This document shows, one piece after another, positions 49,667 through 62,745 of a stretch of DNA of 64,000 nt (the stretch's first letter is position 1; each line of letters opens with the position of its first letter). Origin of the DNA: Mobula hypostoma (lineage: Eukaryota). The DNA is taken from the NCBI RefSeq assembly GCF_963921235.1, contig NC_086109.1, positions 33,792,001 to 33,856,000 of the forward strand. Reading direction: 5' to 3'. Under the pieces are notes generated by a model. That model was not told where the DNA came from and made no database searches. It was given only the letters and a program-made list of their open reading frames with translations. The translations under genes were made by a program, and so were the position numbers.

Positions 49667-52600
49667 GAAGGAAGAACTTTGGGGAGGGTTTGAAGAATGC
49701 TGGTAGTTGAAAAAAACAGTAATTTTAAAGACAAAAGGGGAGGGGAAGCAGGGAGGTGATTGGCAGGAGAACAATGCGAAGTAGTAGAAGGAGGCGGAAC
49801 TATGAGGGAGGTGATGTGAAATGGGGATAGAGGAAAGGAGGGGGAGAGAATTACCGGAAGTTGGAGAATTCTATGTTCATACCAAGGGGCTGGAGACTAC
49901 TGAGATGGTATATGAGGTGTTGCTCCTCCAACCTGAGTTTAGCCTTACCATGGCAGTAGAGGAGGCCTTGTATGGACATATCTGAATGGGAATGAGAAGC
50001 AGAGTTGAAGTGGGTGGCTACCGGGATCTGCGTCACGTTTCACCAATGTAGAGGAGGCCGCACCGGGAGCACCGGATGCAATAGATGACCCCAACAGATT
50101 CACAAGTGAAGTGTTGCCTCACCTGGAAGGACTGTTTGGGGTCCTGAATGGTGGCAAGAGAGGAGGTGTAGGGACAAGTGTAGCACTTACGCTTACAGGG
50201 ATAAGTGCCAGGTGGGAGATCCGTGGGGATGGACATGCGGATAAGTGAGTCACAGAGGGATCAATCCCTGCGGAAAGTGGAGAGGAGTGGAGAGGGAAAG
50301 ATGTGCTTAGTGGTGGGGTCCTGTTGAAGGTGGCGGAAGTTGCGGAGGATAATGTGCTGGATCCGGAGGCTGGTGGAGTGGTAGGTGAGGACAAGGGGAA
50401 CTCTATCCCTGTTGTGGTTGCGGGAAGATGGGGCAAGGGCCGAAGTGCGGGAAATGGAGGAGATGCGGGTGAGGGCATCATTGATCACCGTAGAAGGGAA
50501 ACCACGATCCTTAAAGAAAGAGGACATTTGAGATGTCCTGGAATGGAAAGCCTCATCCTGGGAGCAGATGTGGCAGAGGCAGAGGAAATGGGAATAGGGA
50601 ATGGCATTTTTGCATGTGGCGGGGTGGGAAGAGGTATAGTTGAGGTAGTTATGAGAGTCAGTGGGCTTGTAGAAGATGTCAGTGGACAGTCTGTCTCCAG
50701 AGATGGAGACTGAGACATCGAGAAAGGGGAGAGAAGTGTCCGAGATAGACCAAGTGAATTTGAGGGCTGGGTGGAAGTTTGAAGTAAAGTCGATGAAATT
50801 GACGAGCTCAGCATGGGTGCAGGAAGCAGCACCAATGTAGTCGTCAATGTATCGAAGGAAAAGTTGAGGAGCAGTACCAGAATAGGTTTGGAGCACAGAC
50901 TGTTCCATATAACCAACGAAGAGGCAGGCGTAGTTGGGTCCCATGTGGGTTCCCATAGCTACACGCTTAGTCTGAAGAAAGTGGGAAGAGCCAAAAGAGA
51001 AGTTATTAAGTGTGAGAACCAGTTCCACCAACCGGAGGAGGGTAGTGCTGGTGGGGAACTGGTGAAGTCCATTATCCAGGAAGTAGCGGAGGGCTTTGAG
51101 GCCTTCTTGATGGGGAATGGAGGTGTATAAGGATTGGACATCCACAGTAAAAATGAAGCGGTTGGGACTGGGGAACTGGAAGTTATTGAAGAGGTGGAAG
51201 GCATGGGATGTATCACGGATGTAGGTGGGGAGGGACTGAACTATGGGTGAGAAAATGGAGTCCAGGTAGGCAGATACAAGTTCGGTTGGACAGGAGCCGG
51301 CAGAAACTATGGGTCTACCGGGATAGTCAGGCTTGTGGATCTTGGGGAGGAGGTAAAACTGAGCGGTGCGGGGTGTGGGAATAATGAGTTTAGTGGCTGA
51401 GGATGGAAGGTCTCCGGAGTTGATACGGGCGGTGATGGTACGGGAGACAACGGTTTGATGTTTTTTGGTGGGGTCCTGTTCCAGGGGTAAGTAAGAGGTG
51501 GTGTCAGAGAGCTACCGTTTGGCCTCAGTGAGGTAGAGGTCCGTCCACCAGACTACTACAGCATCACCTTTGTCAGCAGGTTTGATGGTGAGGTTGGGAT
51601 TAGTGCTGAGAGAGTGGAGAGCAGTGCATTCAGAGGGAGTGAGGTTGGAACAGGAGAGAGGAGTGGTGAAGTTGAGACGGTTGATGTCTCGGCGACAGTT
51701 GGAGATGAAGAGATCGAGTGCAGGTAGAAGGCCCGGGCGGGGTGTCCAGGAGGAGGAAAGGGTTGAAGACAGGAGAAGGGGTCATCAGTAGGGGGAGGGA
51801 AATCCTTGCCAAAGAAGTAGGCTCGGAGACGTAGGCCACAGAAGAAGAGTTCAACGTCATGGCGGGCACGGAACTCACTGAGGTGTGGACGGAGAGGGAC
51901 AAAAGTGAGACCCTTGCTAAGGACAGAACGTTCTGCCTCAGAGAGGGGAAGGTCAGAGGGGATGGTGAAGACATGGCAATGGTTGGGGCTTGGGTTGGAG
52001 GAGGGTGAAGAGTGGGAGGTCTCAGGAGGGAGAGGGGGGTTGGGATGTTCAGGGAGAGCTGGGTTAGGGGACGATAAGGAATCAGAGGAATGGATGGACG
52101 ATGAGGGGTAGAGGGATGTTTGGGAGTCGATGGGAGGAAAGGGAGTAGTGGGGGAATAGGATAGGCGGTGGGACCCCGTGGCAGTAAGAGCGGTTCCAGT
52201 TTGGAGAGTTTCAGGACCTCTGTAGGAGCCGTATCCTAAACTTGGCGTGGCATAGACTGCATCCTACAGGGCCCCAGAACTGAGGTCAGAGTGGGAGGCG
52301 AGTGAGTCCATGGCTCGCCAGGGGCTGGTTCCCCTTTTCAGGAGGCGGTGGTTCCAGTCGGGGTCAGAATCAGAGGCGGATGGGTCTCCAGCCTGCCGAA
52401 GGCCTGAGAAGTCGTGGTCCGAGGGGTTTCGGTCCAGGCTGGAGCCAGTCGTCGTCGTGGGCTCCAGGCAGGCGAGCTTGTAGTCCTTCTTGGATGCGAG
52501 GAAGGAGAAGAAACAGCGGTTGGAGGCGTTAATCCGGCAGAGAATAAAATGTAGGAGAGGTCCACGGCATACGGTGGAGAGTGAGGCCCGGAATGGTGGC

Positions 52601-53059
52601 AGAGAGAGGGACAGGGCCCTTAGGTATCTTCGCATGACAGCGAGTGTGGCGCGGAGAATCCTGCGGGAGCAGCGATCAATGAAACGGAGGTACCTGGGAT
52701 CCTCACTGGGCCCGAACTGGGAGGCCTGGAACCGTAGCCGGAATCCCTGCGGTAACAGATGGCGGCGGAGACATGTTCCCAGGAAGGAGACGTGGCTGTG
52801 GTAGCGGGTCTGAGATAGGACGTGGTCGAAGAGTCGGAGGGAGGCAGAGATCACAGAGGGGGAACAGTGAGAGAGGGTCTCACTGAACTCCCGTCGAAGA
52901 GAGGATTTAAACTTCTTCAGGGTAGGGATACCTTGAAGAGACTTCGCAGTAGAGTAGCAAATCGTAAACACAAAATAATCTGCAGATTCTGTTGTCAAAG
53001 GAACACTCACACTGAGCTGGAGGAACTCAGCAGGTCAGTCAGCAACAGTTGAAAAGATT

Positions 53060-53095
53060 AGTCGACGTTTCGGGCCGAAACCCTTCGTCAGGACT
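53060..53095 (-). ncRNA. Minimal type I hammerhead ribozyme motif (Penelope pLTR)
   Basis: Identical to 49631-49666. Confidence 0.8.
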
Positions 53096-54740
53096 GAAGG
53101 AAAAACTTTGGGGAGGGTTTGAAGAATGCTGGTAGTTGAAAAAAACAGTAATTTTAAAGACAAAGGGGTGGGGGAGGGGAAGCAGGGAGGTGATTGCCAG
53201 GAGAACAATGTGCAGTAGTAGAAGGAGGTGGAACTATGAGGGCGGTGATGTGAAATAGGGATAGAGGAAGGGAGGGGGAGGGAATTACCGGAAGTTGGAG
53301 CATTCTATGTTCATACCAAGGGGTTGGAGACTACCTAGACGTTATATGAGGTATTGCTCCTCCAACCTGAGTTTAGCCTCATCATGGCAGTAGAGGAGGC
53401 CATGTATGGACATATCTGAATGGGAATGGGAAGCAGAGTTGAAGTGGGTGGCTACCGGGAGGTCCTGTCTGTTGTGGCGGACAGAGTGGAGGTGCTCGAC
53501 GAAGCGGTCCCCCAATCTGCGTCGGGTTTCACCGATGTAGAGGAGGCCGCACCGGGAGCACCGGATGCAATAGATGACCCCAACAGACTCACAAGTGAAG
53601 AGTTTCCTCACCTGGAAGGACTGTTTGGGTCCCTGAATGGTGGCAAGAGAGGAGGTGTAGGGACAGGTGTAGCACTTACGCTTACAGGGATAAGTGCCGG
53701 GTAGGAGATCCGTGGGGATGGACATGCGGATAATGACTCGCGGACGGATCGATCCCTGCGGAAAGCGGAGAGGGGTGGAGAGGGAAAGATGTGTTTACCT
53801 GGTGGGGTCTTGTTGAAGGTGGCAGAAGTTGCGGAGCATAATGTGCTGGATCTGGAGGCTAGTGGGGTGGTAGGTGAGGACAAGGGGAACTCTGTCCCTG
53901 TTGTGGTGGCGGGAAGATGGGGTGAGGTCCGAAGTGCGGGAAATGGAGGAGATGCAGGTGAGGGCATCATTGATCACTGTAGAAGGGAAACCACGATCCT
54001 TAAAGAAAGAGGACATTTAAGATGTCCTGGAACGGAAAGCCTCATCCTGGGAGCAGATGCGGCAGAGACAAAGGAAATGGGAATAGGGAATGGCATTTTT
54101 GCAAGTGGCGGGGTGGGAAGAGGTATAATCAAGGTAGTTATGAGAGTCAATGGGCTTGTAGAAGATGTCAGTGGACAGTCTGTCTCCAGAGATGGAGACC
54201 GAGACATCGAGAAAGGGGAGAGAAGTGTCCGAGATAGACCAAGTGAATTTGAGGGCTGGGTGGAAGTTTGAAGTAAAATCGATGAAATTGACGAGCTCAG
54301 CATGGGTGCAGGAAGCAGCACCAATGTAGTCGTCAATGTATCGAAGGAAAAGTTGGGGAGCAGTACCAGAATAGGTTTGGAGCACAGACTGTTCCACATA
54401 ACCAACGAAGAGGCAGGCGTTGTTGGGTCCCATGCGGGTTCCCATAGCTACACCCTTAGTCTGAAGAAAGTGGGAAGAGCCAAAAGAGAAGTTATTTAGT
54501 GTGAGAACCAATTCCGCCAACCGGAGGAGGGTAGTGCTGGTGGGGAACTGGTGAGGTCTATTATCTAGGAAGTAGCGGAGGGCTTTGAGGCCTTCTTGAT
54601 GGGGATTGGAGGTGTATAAGGATTGGACATTCATAGTAAAAATGAAGCGGTTGGGACTGGGGAACTGGAAATTATTGAAGAGGTGGAGGGCATGGGATGT
54701 ATCGCGGAGGTAGGTAGTGAGGACCCAAAGTTCTTCCTTC

Positions 54741-54776
54741 AATCCTGACGAAGGGTTTCGGCCCGAAACGTCGACT
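54741..54776 (+). ncRNA. Minimal hammerhead motif in the inverted pLTR
   Basis: AAUC-CUGACGA-A-GGGU(UUCG)GCCC-GAAA-C-GUC-GACU; one stem I mismatch. Confidence 0.7.
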
Positions 54777-55746
54777 CATCTTTTCAGCTGATGCTGACTG
54801 ACCTGCTGAGTTCCTCCAGTGCATTATGAGGGAACAGTTCAGTGTTGGGGCATGGGAAGTTGAGTGAAGTTATTCCCTCTGGTTCAGTGCCTGATGGTTG
54901 AAGGGTAATAACTGTTCCTGAACCTGGTGGTGTGAATCCTGAGGCTCCTATATATTCTTCCTGATGGCAGAAGTGAGAAGAGAACATGGCCTGTTGGGGG
55001 TTCTTCATGATGGATGCTGCTTTCCTGCAAGAGCACTCCATGTAGCAGTTTTCAATGGCAGTGAGAGCCTTACTCATGATGTCTGTGCCATATCCACCAC
55101 TTTTTGCAGGACTTTCCATTCAAAGGCAGTGCTGTTTCTATACCAGGTCAAGATGCAACACGGCAATATACTCTCCACTACACATCTATAGAAGTTTGTC
55201 AAACTTTTAGATGTCATACCGAGTCTGAACAAACTTCTAAGGAATTAGAAGCACTGCCGTGCTTCCTTTGTAATGGCACTTATGTGCTGGGACTAGGACA
55301 GATCCTCTGAAATGATAACACTGAGGAACTTGAAGTTGCTGACCCTCTCCACCTCTGATCTCCCAATGAGGTCTGGATCATAAACCTCTGAATTCCTCCT
55401 CCTGAAGTTAATAATCAGTCTTGCTGACATTGAGCGAGAGAATGTTGTGGCTCCACTCAGCTAGATTTTCAATCTCCCTCCAATATGCTGATTCATCACC
55501 ACATTTGAGTCAGGCAATGACAGTGGTGTCGTCAGCAAACTTAAATATGGCATTGGAGCTGTGCTTAGCCTCACAGTCATAAGTACAAAGTGAGTAGAAC
55601 AGTCTTGTGGTGTAACTGTGCTGACAGAGATTGTGGAGGAGATGTAGTTGCCAATCTAAAAGGACTGGGGTTTGCAAGTGAGGAAACCAAGGATCCAATT
55701 GCACAAGGAGGTGTTGAGGCTAAGGTCTTGGAGCTTATTAAATTAT

Positions 55747-58700
55747 GAAACATAGAAACATAGAAAATAGGTGCAGGAGTAGGCCATTCGGCCCTTCGAG
55801 CCTGCACCGTCATTTATTATGATCATGGCTGATCATCTAACTCAGAACCCCGCCCCAGCCTTCCCTCCATACCCCCTGACCCCCGTAGCCACAAGGGCCA
55901 TATCTAACTCCCCCTTAAATATAGCCAATGAACTGGCCTCAACTGTTTCCTGTGGCAGAGAATTCCACAGATTCACCACTCTCTGTGTGAAGCAGTTTTT
56001 CCTAATCTCAGTCCTAAAAGGCTTCCCGTTTATCCTCAAACTGTGACCCCTCGTTCTGGACTTCCCCAACATCGGGAACAATCTTCCTGCATCTAGCCTG
56101 TCCAATCCCTTTAGGATTTTATACGTTTCAATCAGATCTCCCCTCAATCTTCTAAATTCCAACGAGTATAAGCCTAGTTCATCCAGTCTTTCTTCATATG
56201 AAAGTCCTGCCATCCCAGGAATCAATCTGGTGAACCTTCTTTGTACACCCTCTATGGCAAGGATGTCTTTCCTCAGATTAGGGGACCAAAACTGCACACA
56301 ATACTCCAGGTGTGGTCTCACCAAGGCCTTGTACAACTGCAGTAGTACCTCCCTGCTCCTGTACTCGAATCCTCTCGCTATAAATGCCAGCATACCATTC
56401 GCCTTTTTCACCGCCTGCTGTACCTGCATGCCCACTTTCAATGACTGGTGTATAATGACACCCAGGTCTCGTTGCACCTCCCCTTTTCCTAATCGGCCAC
56501 CATTCAGATAATAATCTGTTTCCCTATTTTTGCCACCAAAGTGGATAACTTCACATTTATCCACATTAAATTGCATCTGCCATGAATTTGCCCACTCACC
56601 CAACCTATCCAAGTCACACTGCATCCTCTTAGCATCCTCCTCACAGCTAACACTGCCACCCAGCTTGGTGTCATCCGCAAACTTGGAGATGCTATATTTA
56701 ATTCCCGCATCCAAGTCATTAATATATATTGTAAACAACTGGGGTCCCAGCACTGAGCCTTGCGGTACCCCATTATTCACTGCCTGCCATTCTGAAAAGG
56801 TCCCGTTTATTCCCACTCTTTGCTTCCTGTCTGCTAACCAATTCTCCATCCACATTAATACCTTACCCCCAATACCGTGTGCTTTAAGTTTGCACACTAA
56901 TCTCCTGCATGGGACCTTGTCAAAAGCCTTTTGAAAATCCAAATATACCACATCCACTGGTTCTCCCCTATCCACTCTACTAGTTACATCCTAAAAAAAT
57001 TCTATGAGATTCGTCAGACATGATTTTCCTTTCACAAATCCATGCTGACTTTGTCCGATGATTTCACCGCTTTCCAAATGTGCTGTTATCACATCTTTGA
57101 TAACTGACTCCAGCAGTTTCCCCACCACCGACGTTAGGCTAACCGGTCTATAATTCCCCGGTTTCTCTCTTCCTCCTTTTTTAAAAAGTGGGGTTACATT
57201 AGCCACCCTCCAATCCTCAGGAACTAGTCCAGAATCTAACGAGTTTTGAAAAATTATCACTAATGCATCCACTATTTCTTGGGCTACTTCCTTAAGCACT
57301 CTAGGATGCAGACATCTGGCCCTGGGGATTTATCTGCCTTCAATCCCTTCAATTTACCTAACACCACTTCCCTACTAACATGTATTTCGCTCAGTTCCTC
57401 CATCTCACTGGAACCTCTGTCCCCTACTATTTCTGGAAGATTGTTTATGTCCTCCTTAGTGAAGACAGAACCAAAGTAATTATTCAATTGGTCTGCCATG
57501 TCCTTGCTCCCCATAATCAATTCACCTGTTTCTGTCTGTAGGGGACCTACATTTGTCTTTACCAGTCTTTTCCTTTTTACATATCTATAAAAGCTTTTAC
57601 AGTCAGTTTTTATGTTCCCTGCCAGTTTTCTCTCATAATCTTTTTTCCCCTTCCTAATTAAGCCCTTTGTCCTCCTCTGCTGAACTCTGAATTTCTCCCA
57701 GTCCTCAGGTGAGCCACTTTCTCTGGCTAATTTGTATGCTTCTTCTTTGGAATTGATACTATCCCTAATTTCTCTTGTCAGCCACGGGTGCACTACCTTC
57801 CTTGATTTATTCTTTTGCCAAACTGGGATGAACAATTGTTGTAGTTCATCCATGCAACCTTTAAATGCTTGCCATTGCATATCCACCGTCAATCCTTTAA
57901 GTGTCATTTGCCAGTCTATCTTAGCTAATTCACGTCTCATACCTTCAAAGTTACCCCTCTTTAAGTTCAGAACCTCTTTGTTTCTGAATTAACTATGTCA
58001 CTCTCCATCTTAATGAAGAATTCCACCATATTATGGTCACTCTTACCCAAGGGGCCTCTCACGACTAGATTGCTAATTACCCTTCCTCATTGCTCAAAAC
58101 CCAGTCCAGAATAGCCTGCTCTCTAGTTGGTTCCTCGACATGTTGGTTCAAAAAACCATCCCTCATACATTCCAAGAAATCCTCTTCCTCAGCACCTTTA
58201 CCAATTTGGTTCACCCAATCTACATGTAGATTGAAATCACCCATTATAACTGCTGTTCCTTTATTGCACACATTTCTAATTTCCTGTTTAATACCATCTC
58301 TGACCTCACTACTACTGTTAGGTGGCCTGTACACAACTCCCACCAGCGTCTTCTGCCCCTTAGTGTTACGCAGCTCTACCCATATCGATTCCACATCTTC
58401 CCGGTTTATGTCCTTCCTTTCCATTGCGTTAATCTCTTCTTTAACCAGCAACACCACCCCACCTCCCCTTCCTTCATGTCTATCCCTCCTGAATATTGAA
58501 TATCCCTGAACGTTGAGCTCCCATCCTTGGTCACCCTGGAGCCATGTCTCTGTGATCCCAGTTATATCATAATCATTAATAACAATCTGCATTTTCAATT
58601 CATCCACCTTATTACGAATGCTCCTTGCATTGACACACAAAGCCTTCAGGCGCTCTTTTACAACTCTCTTAGCCCTTATACAATTATGTTGAAAAGTGGC

Positions 58701-59200
58701 CCTTTTTAATGCTTGCCCTGGATTTGTCGGTCTGCCACTTTTACTTTTCTCCTTAGTACTTTTTGCTTCTACCCTCACTTTACACCTCTCTGTCTCTCTG
58801 CACTGGTTCCCATCCCCCTGTTGTGAACTAACCTCCTCATGCCTAGCCTCTTTAATTTGATTCCCACCCCCCAACCATTCTAGTTTAAAATCACCTCAGT
58901 AGCCCTCGCTAATCTCCCTGCCAGGATATTGGTCGCCCTAGGATTCAAGTGTAACCCGTCCTTTTTGTACAGGTCACGCCTGCGCCAAAAGAGGTCCCAA
59001 TGATCCAAAAACTTGAATCCCTGCCCCCTGCTCCAATCCCTCAGCCCCACATTTATCCTCCACCTCATCGCATTCCTACTCTCACTGTCGCGTGGCACAG
59101 GCAGTAATCCCGAGATTACTACCTTTGCGGTCCTTTTTCTCAACTCCCTTCCTAGCTCCCTATATTCTCCTTTCAGGACCTCATCCCTTTTCCTACCTAT
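55747..59200 (-). mobile_element. Young CR1 LINE: ORF1 C-terminus (SGNH esterase-like) plus ORF2 with a few frameshifts
   Basis: ORF 58880-59143 'VVISGLLP...DGLHLN'; ORF2 pieces 58077-58874, 57284-57940, 56991-57299 and 55842-56975 nearly identical to 29217-32194; (tttctatg)n tail. Confidence 0.97.
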
Positions 59201-59808
59201 GTGAAGACACGTAGTCCTCTTTTATTGTCATTTAGTAATGCATGCATTAAGAAATGATACGATATTTCCTCCGGTGTGATATCACAAAACACAGGACAGA
59301 CCAAGACTGAAAAAATTGACAAAACCACATAATTATAACACATAGTTACAACAGTGCAACAATACCATAACTTGATGAAGAAGTCCATGAGCACAGCAAA
59401 AGTTCAAGGTCTCTCAAATGTCCCACATCTCACGCAGACAGGAGAAAGAAGAACTCTCCCTGTCACGCTGACCACTGTCCAACTCTGAGTCATCCGAAAA
59501 CTTCGAGCTCTGATCAGCTCTCCGACACCGAGTACTGAGCGCCATCTTTGTTGAACGATTCGACCTCAACCTCGGTCGCCACCAGCAGGCAAAGCTGGAG
59601 ATTTTGAGGCCTACCCTCCGAAAGATTCCCGACCACACAGTAACGACAGCAGCGAATGAGCGTTTCAGAAATTTCTCCAGGTTTTCCTCTGTGCTTTCAC
59701 GTCCATTCTCCATCAAATCAGAATTGTCCACGGCCCCTATTTAACAGATACGATATCATTTTCACCGGAGAGCTGCGCACGCGCGCGGTGCGCTGCCATC
59801 TTCTCCTC
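59201..59808 (-). mobile_element. Non-autonomous retroposon with Rex1/L2-type ends
   Basis: CpG-rich 5' end 'ggaggagaagatggcagcgc...', 3' end 'atgacaataaaagaggact'; no coding homology. Confidence 0.6.
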
Positions 59809-60702
59809 CATAACCACTTCTCTACTTTTCGTGACCACCTCTTCAATGCCCTTATCTCTAGAGCTTTGCTCTTTAGCCTCTGCCTGTATGCAAGTAGGAG
59901 AAGGGCAGCTAAATGATTAGATTTCCTGAAATATGGTCTGGGCATGGAATGATAGGCATTCCTAATTGTAGTATGGCAGTAGCTGAGTGTGTTGGTACCC
60001 CTGGTGCTGCAGGTTATATGTTGATGATAATTGGGCAGAGATTTCTTCAAGCCTATTTGAGGTCCCTGACAATTATCTGAAATGCATCAGAATGGGCTGT
60101 TTCTTGTTTGGTGATATCAGCGTTCAATATCTCAAGTGTCTGATTAACCTCAGCTTTTGGTGGTTATCAAATTGTGGTCAGGATCATGGTAATGAACTCG
60201 CTTTATAAGTAGAATACTTAGATCATTAGATGATCCAGGTCGGGGGAACGAGAGTGCAACGAGAACATGACTGCTGCGTCTGATCACCACAGAGAGTTTA
60301 TTATGAAACGTAGACCCCCAGCTTTTGGTCTGTTGAATCAGCAGTCTGGTCCATCTGGTGTATTGAAAAGTCTTTGGGTCTTACTGACCTATCTAGCATG
60401 TCTGGAGTGAGCCATGTTTCCATGAAGCAGAAAATTCAGCAATTCCTTATTTCTCTCCAATAAAGCAATCTGGCCCTGAAATCCTCAATCTTATTCTCTA
60501 GTGACTGTACATTTGCTAACAAGATGCTGGCTAGAGAACGTTTCAATCCTTTGTGTTTCTGCCCGGCTTGGAATTGTCCCTCCTCCTTCTCTTCCGGCCA
60601 TGGTGATGTACCTTCATCCACTCAAAGGGGCCCTACAGTACGTGCATACTTGAGAGTTAAGTCCTCCGAGTCCTTCAAAGTATCATGAAATTGTTCATTT
60701 GT

Positions 60703-61012
60703 GTGGGCACGTGGCCAAGTGGTTAAGGCATTGGACTAGCTACCTGAGGGTCGTGAGTTTGAGCCCCAGCTGAGGGAAGGTGCTGTGTCCTTGAGCAAGG
60801 CACTTAATCACACATTGCTCTGCGACGACACCGGTGCCAAGCTGTATGGGCCCTAATGCCCTTCCCTTGGACAACATTGGTGTCGTGGAGAGGGGAGACT
60901 TGCAGCATGGGCAACTGCTGGTCTTCCATACAACCTTGCCCAGGCCTGCGCCCTGGAGAGTGAAGACTTCCCAGGCGCAGATCCATGGTTTTGCAAGACT
61001 AATGGATGCCTT
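60703..61012 (+). mobile_element. tRNA-derived CORE-SINE
   Basis: A box TGGCCAAGTGG, B box GAGTTTGAGCC, CORE 'gtgtccttgagcaaggcacttaa'; 3' half differs from the SINE at 44856. Confidence 0.85.
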
Positions 61013-61339
61013 TATCACAAAGTTTGTAGTTCATTTGTTAAAATGGTTCAAAAATAGATATCGTAAAGGGAAATTACAGGCTGAAGATTGCAGTGAGAGG
61101 TACATTTAGAAGTTTTATAAGTAGCCTGCAACACAGCACCATATTGAAAGAGTTCACTCATCGTAATCTTGAACCAGATTTACATCAGACCCATGAGCAT
61201 TAAAATCTAGGATGTAAAAGGATGATCACTCTGGCTCATCTCCTGAGCTTCAGCATTTATGAATGTATCGGATAGTTATCAGCCATGGGATGTCATTCCC
61301 CTATCCTCTACCATTGGTTCCATATGGCAGGCAGATGTT

Positions 61340-61600
61340 TTATTTTATTTTTATTTAGAGAGACAGTGTGAAGCAGGCCCTTCCAGCTCAACAAGCCGCA
61401 CCATCCAGCAACCTACCTATTTAACCCTATCGTAATCACAAGACAATTTACAATGAACTACTAACCGGTACATTTTGGGCTGTGGGAAGAAACCCATGTG
61501 CTCATGGGAAGGACATACAAATTTTCTTTCTGGACAACATCAGAAGCGAACTCTGAACTCCGGAGCCCCAAACTACATCAGCGTCGCGCTGACTGCTGTC
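61340..61600 (-). mobile_element. V-SINE-like element
   Basis: Reverse complement contains 'tttgtatgtccttcccatgagcacatgggtttcttcccacagcccaaaa'; A-rich tail (ttttattt on +). Confidence 0.6.
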
Positions 61601-61834
61601 CCAACCCGTACTGTTTTCTCGGTAGAGAAATAGAGAATGAAATATGTGAGAAAACATTACTCCCTCTCCTGGAAGTGAGAAGTTTACCTAAGAAGAGGAA
61701 AGAGCTTTGTTCATTGCTCTTGATGCACCTGACCGCATTTTAAAATCGAAGATATGTATTTAAATCTGTTGAAGTTGTTTAAAAGTGAAACATAAGTTCT
61801 GATTAAATGGAAGTTATCTGATTACAATCCTATC

Positions 61835-62060
61835 CCCACCCCTCCCCCAGCCAGATAGTGGACCTCTCAGAAAGTTATCCAGGAGCAGTTTCATTATTCT
61901 CGCTTCTTTCCCCTTCCTTTCTAGTCCTGATGAAGGATCCTGGCCCAAAACATTGCTTGTTTATTCCTCTCCATGGATGCTGCCTGAGTTGCAGAGTTTC
62001 CAGTACTTTGAGTCTGCTGATCTGGATTTACAGCATCTACAGAAGCTCCCATGTCTCCAG
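61835..62060 (+). mobile_element. Decayed Penelope pLTR
   Basis: 'ctagtcctgatgaaggatcctggcccaaaac...gatgctgcctga'. Confidence 0.65.
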
Positions 62061-62339
62061 TTTCATTCTGTTCTTCTCTTGTGGGGGGAGGCGGGGAAGC
62101 TCAGGAGTTAGTAAATGGGCTGATGGATTGGGATTGGTCAGGTGATCAGCAGCTAGGGGTTGAGAGGTGGACTAGGCCGGGAGGTCAGAGGTCAGACCAG
62201 AGTTTGTGGGGTGAAGAATGAGGGCTAGGGTTTGGCCGGGCAGTAGTTCAGTAAGGGAGCATTTGCACGTCAGCTGGTTAAGGATGGGGATATTCTGCAG
62301 GCCAGTAGTTTGGGCAATGGAGCTTGCCAGCTAGGTTGT

Positions 62340-62745
62340 AAGTGGTCAGTAGTTAATAGAGATTGAGCTTGGGTGGAGTAGTAGATAATTAGTAGCGGAA
62401 AGAGGGTTGGTGGATTGTTGGAAATTAGAGGATGCTGTTCAGGAGTTAGATGTAGCCAGGGAAAGCTGGGGTGGTCTGTAATTAAAAGAGGTGGGTAATT
62501 TGAAGGAGCTGGGTGGTGTGTGGTTAGTAATTAAGAAGAGGGGTGTGGCTGGAGTGGTCTGTAATTAGGAAGGGTTGCTGGTGGGTGGGGTGGTCAGTAA
62601 TTAGAAGGTGCTGAAGTGGGTAGAGTAGTCAGAAATAACAGCAGATTTGGGAGTGGCTGGAGTGGTCAGTTGTTAGGAAGGACTGTAGCTGAATGTTGTG
62701 GTCAGTAAATTAGGATGGGACAGGAGTGGGTGGGGTGGTTGTAGC
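62340..62745 (+). repeat. Degenerate G-rich minisatellite, period about 36 bp
   Basis: Core GTGGTCAGTAATTAG recurs at about 62342, 62471, 62520, 62554, 62590, 62625, 62662, 62698 and 62735. Confidence 0.7.

Larger units (their letters stand above)
49537..54830 (-). mobile_element. Penelope-like element in partial-tandem arrangement with inverted 5' pLTR
   Basis: Full-length but disrupted ORF about 52960 to 49851 (RT 'MDVQSLYTSIP...VAMGT.MGP...LRYIDD'; GIY-YIG 'VIYCIRCSRCGLLYIGET'). Upstream truncated RT-EN copy 53285-54720; pLTRs at about 49537-49850 and 52966-53285; inverted pLTR piece 54723-54830. TSD GGAACAGTTCAGT at 49524-49536 and 54831-54843. Confidence 0.95.
49272..61147 (-). mobile_element. 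Long Rex1/Babar LINE split by Penelope, CR1, a non-autonomous element and a SINE
   Basis: Pieces at 49272-49536 (3' UTR), 54831-55740 (RT, 'IFKFADDTTVI'), 59809-60700 (APE, 'ILLANVQSLENK', 'YHQHITCSTRGTNTL') and about 61015-61147 (5' end). Part of RT is missing, so single-element origin is inferred. Confidence 0.65.

Noticed and set aside
60703..60775. tRNA gene
   Set aside because: It is a SINE head continuing into a CORE domain, with no proper acceptor stem or terminator.
62340..62745. CRISPR-like repeat-spacer array
   Set aside because: Eukaryotic context, degenerate repeats, spacers resemble each other, and no cas genes.
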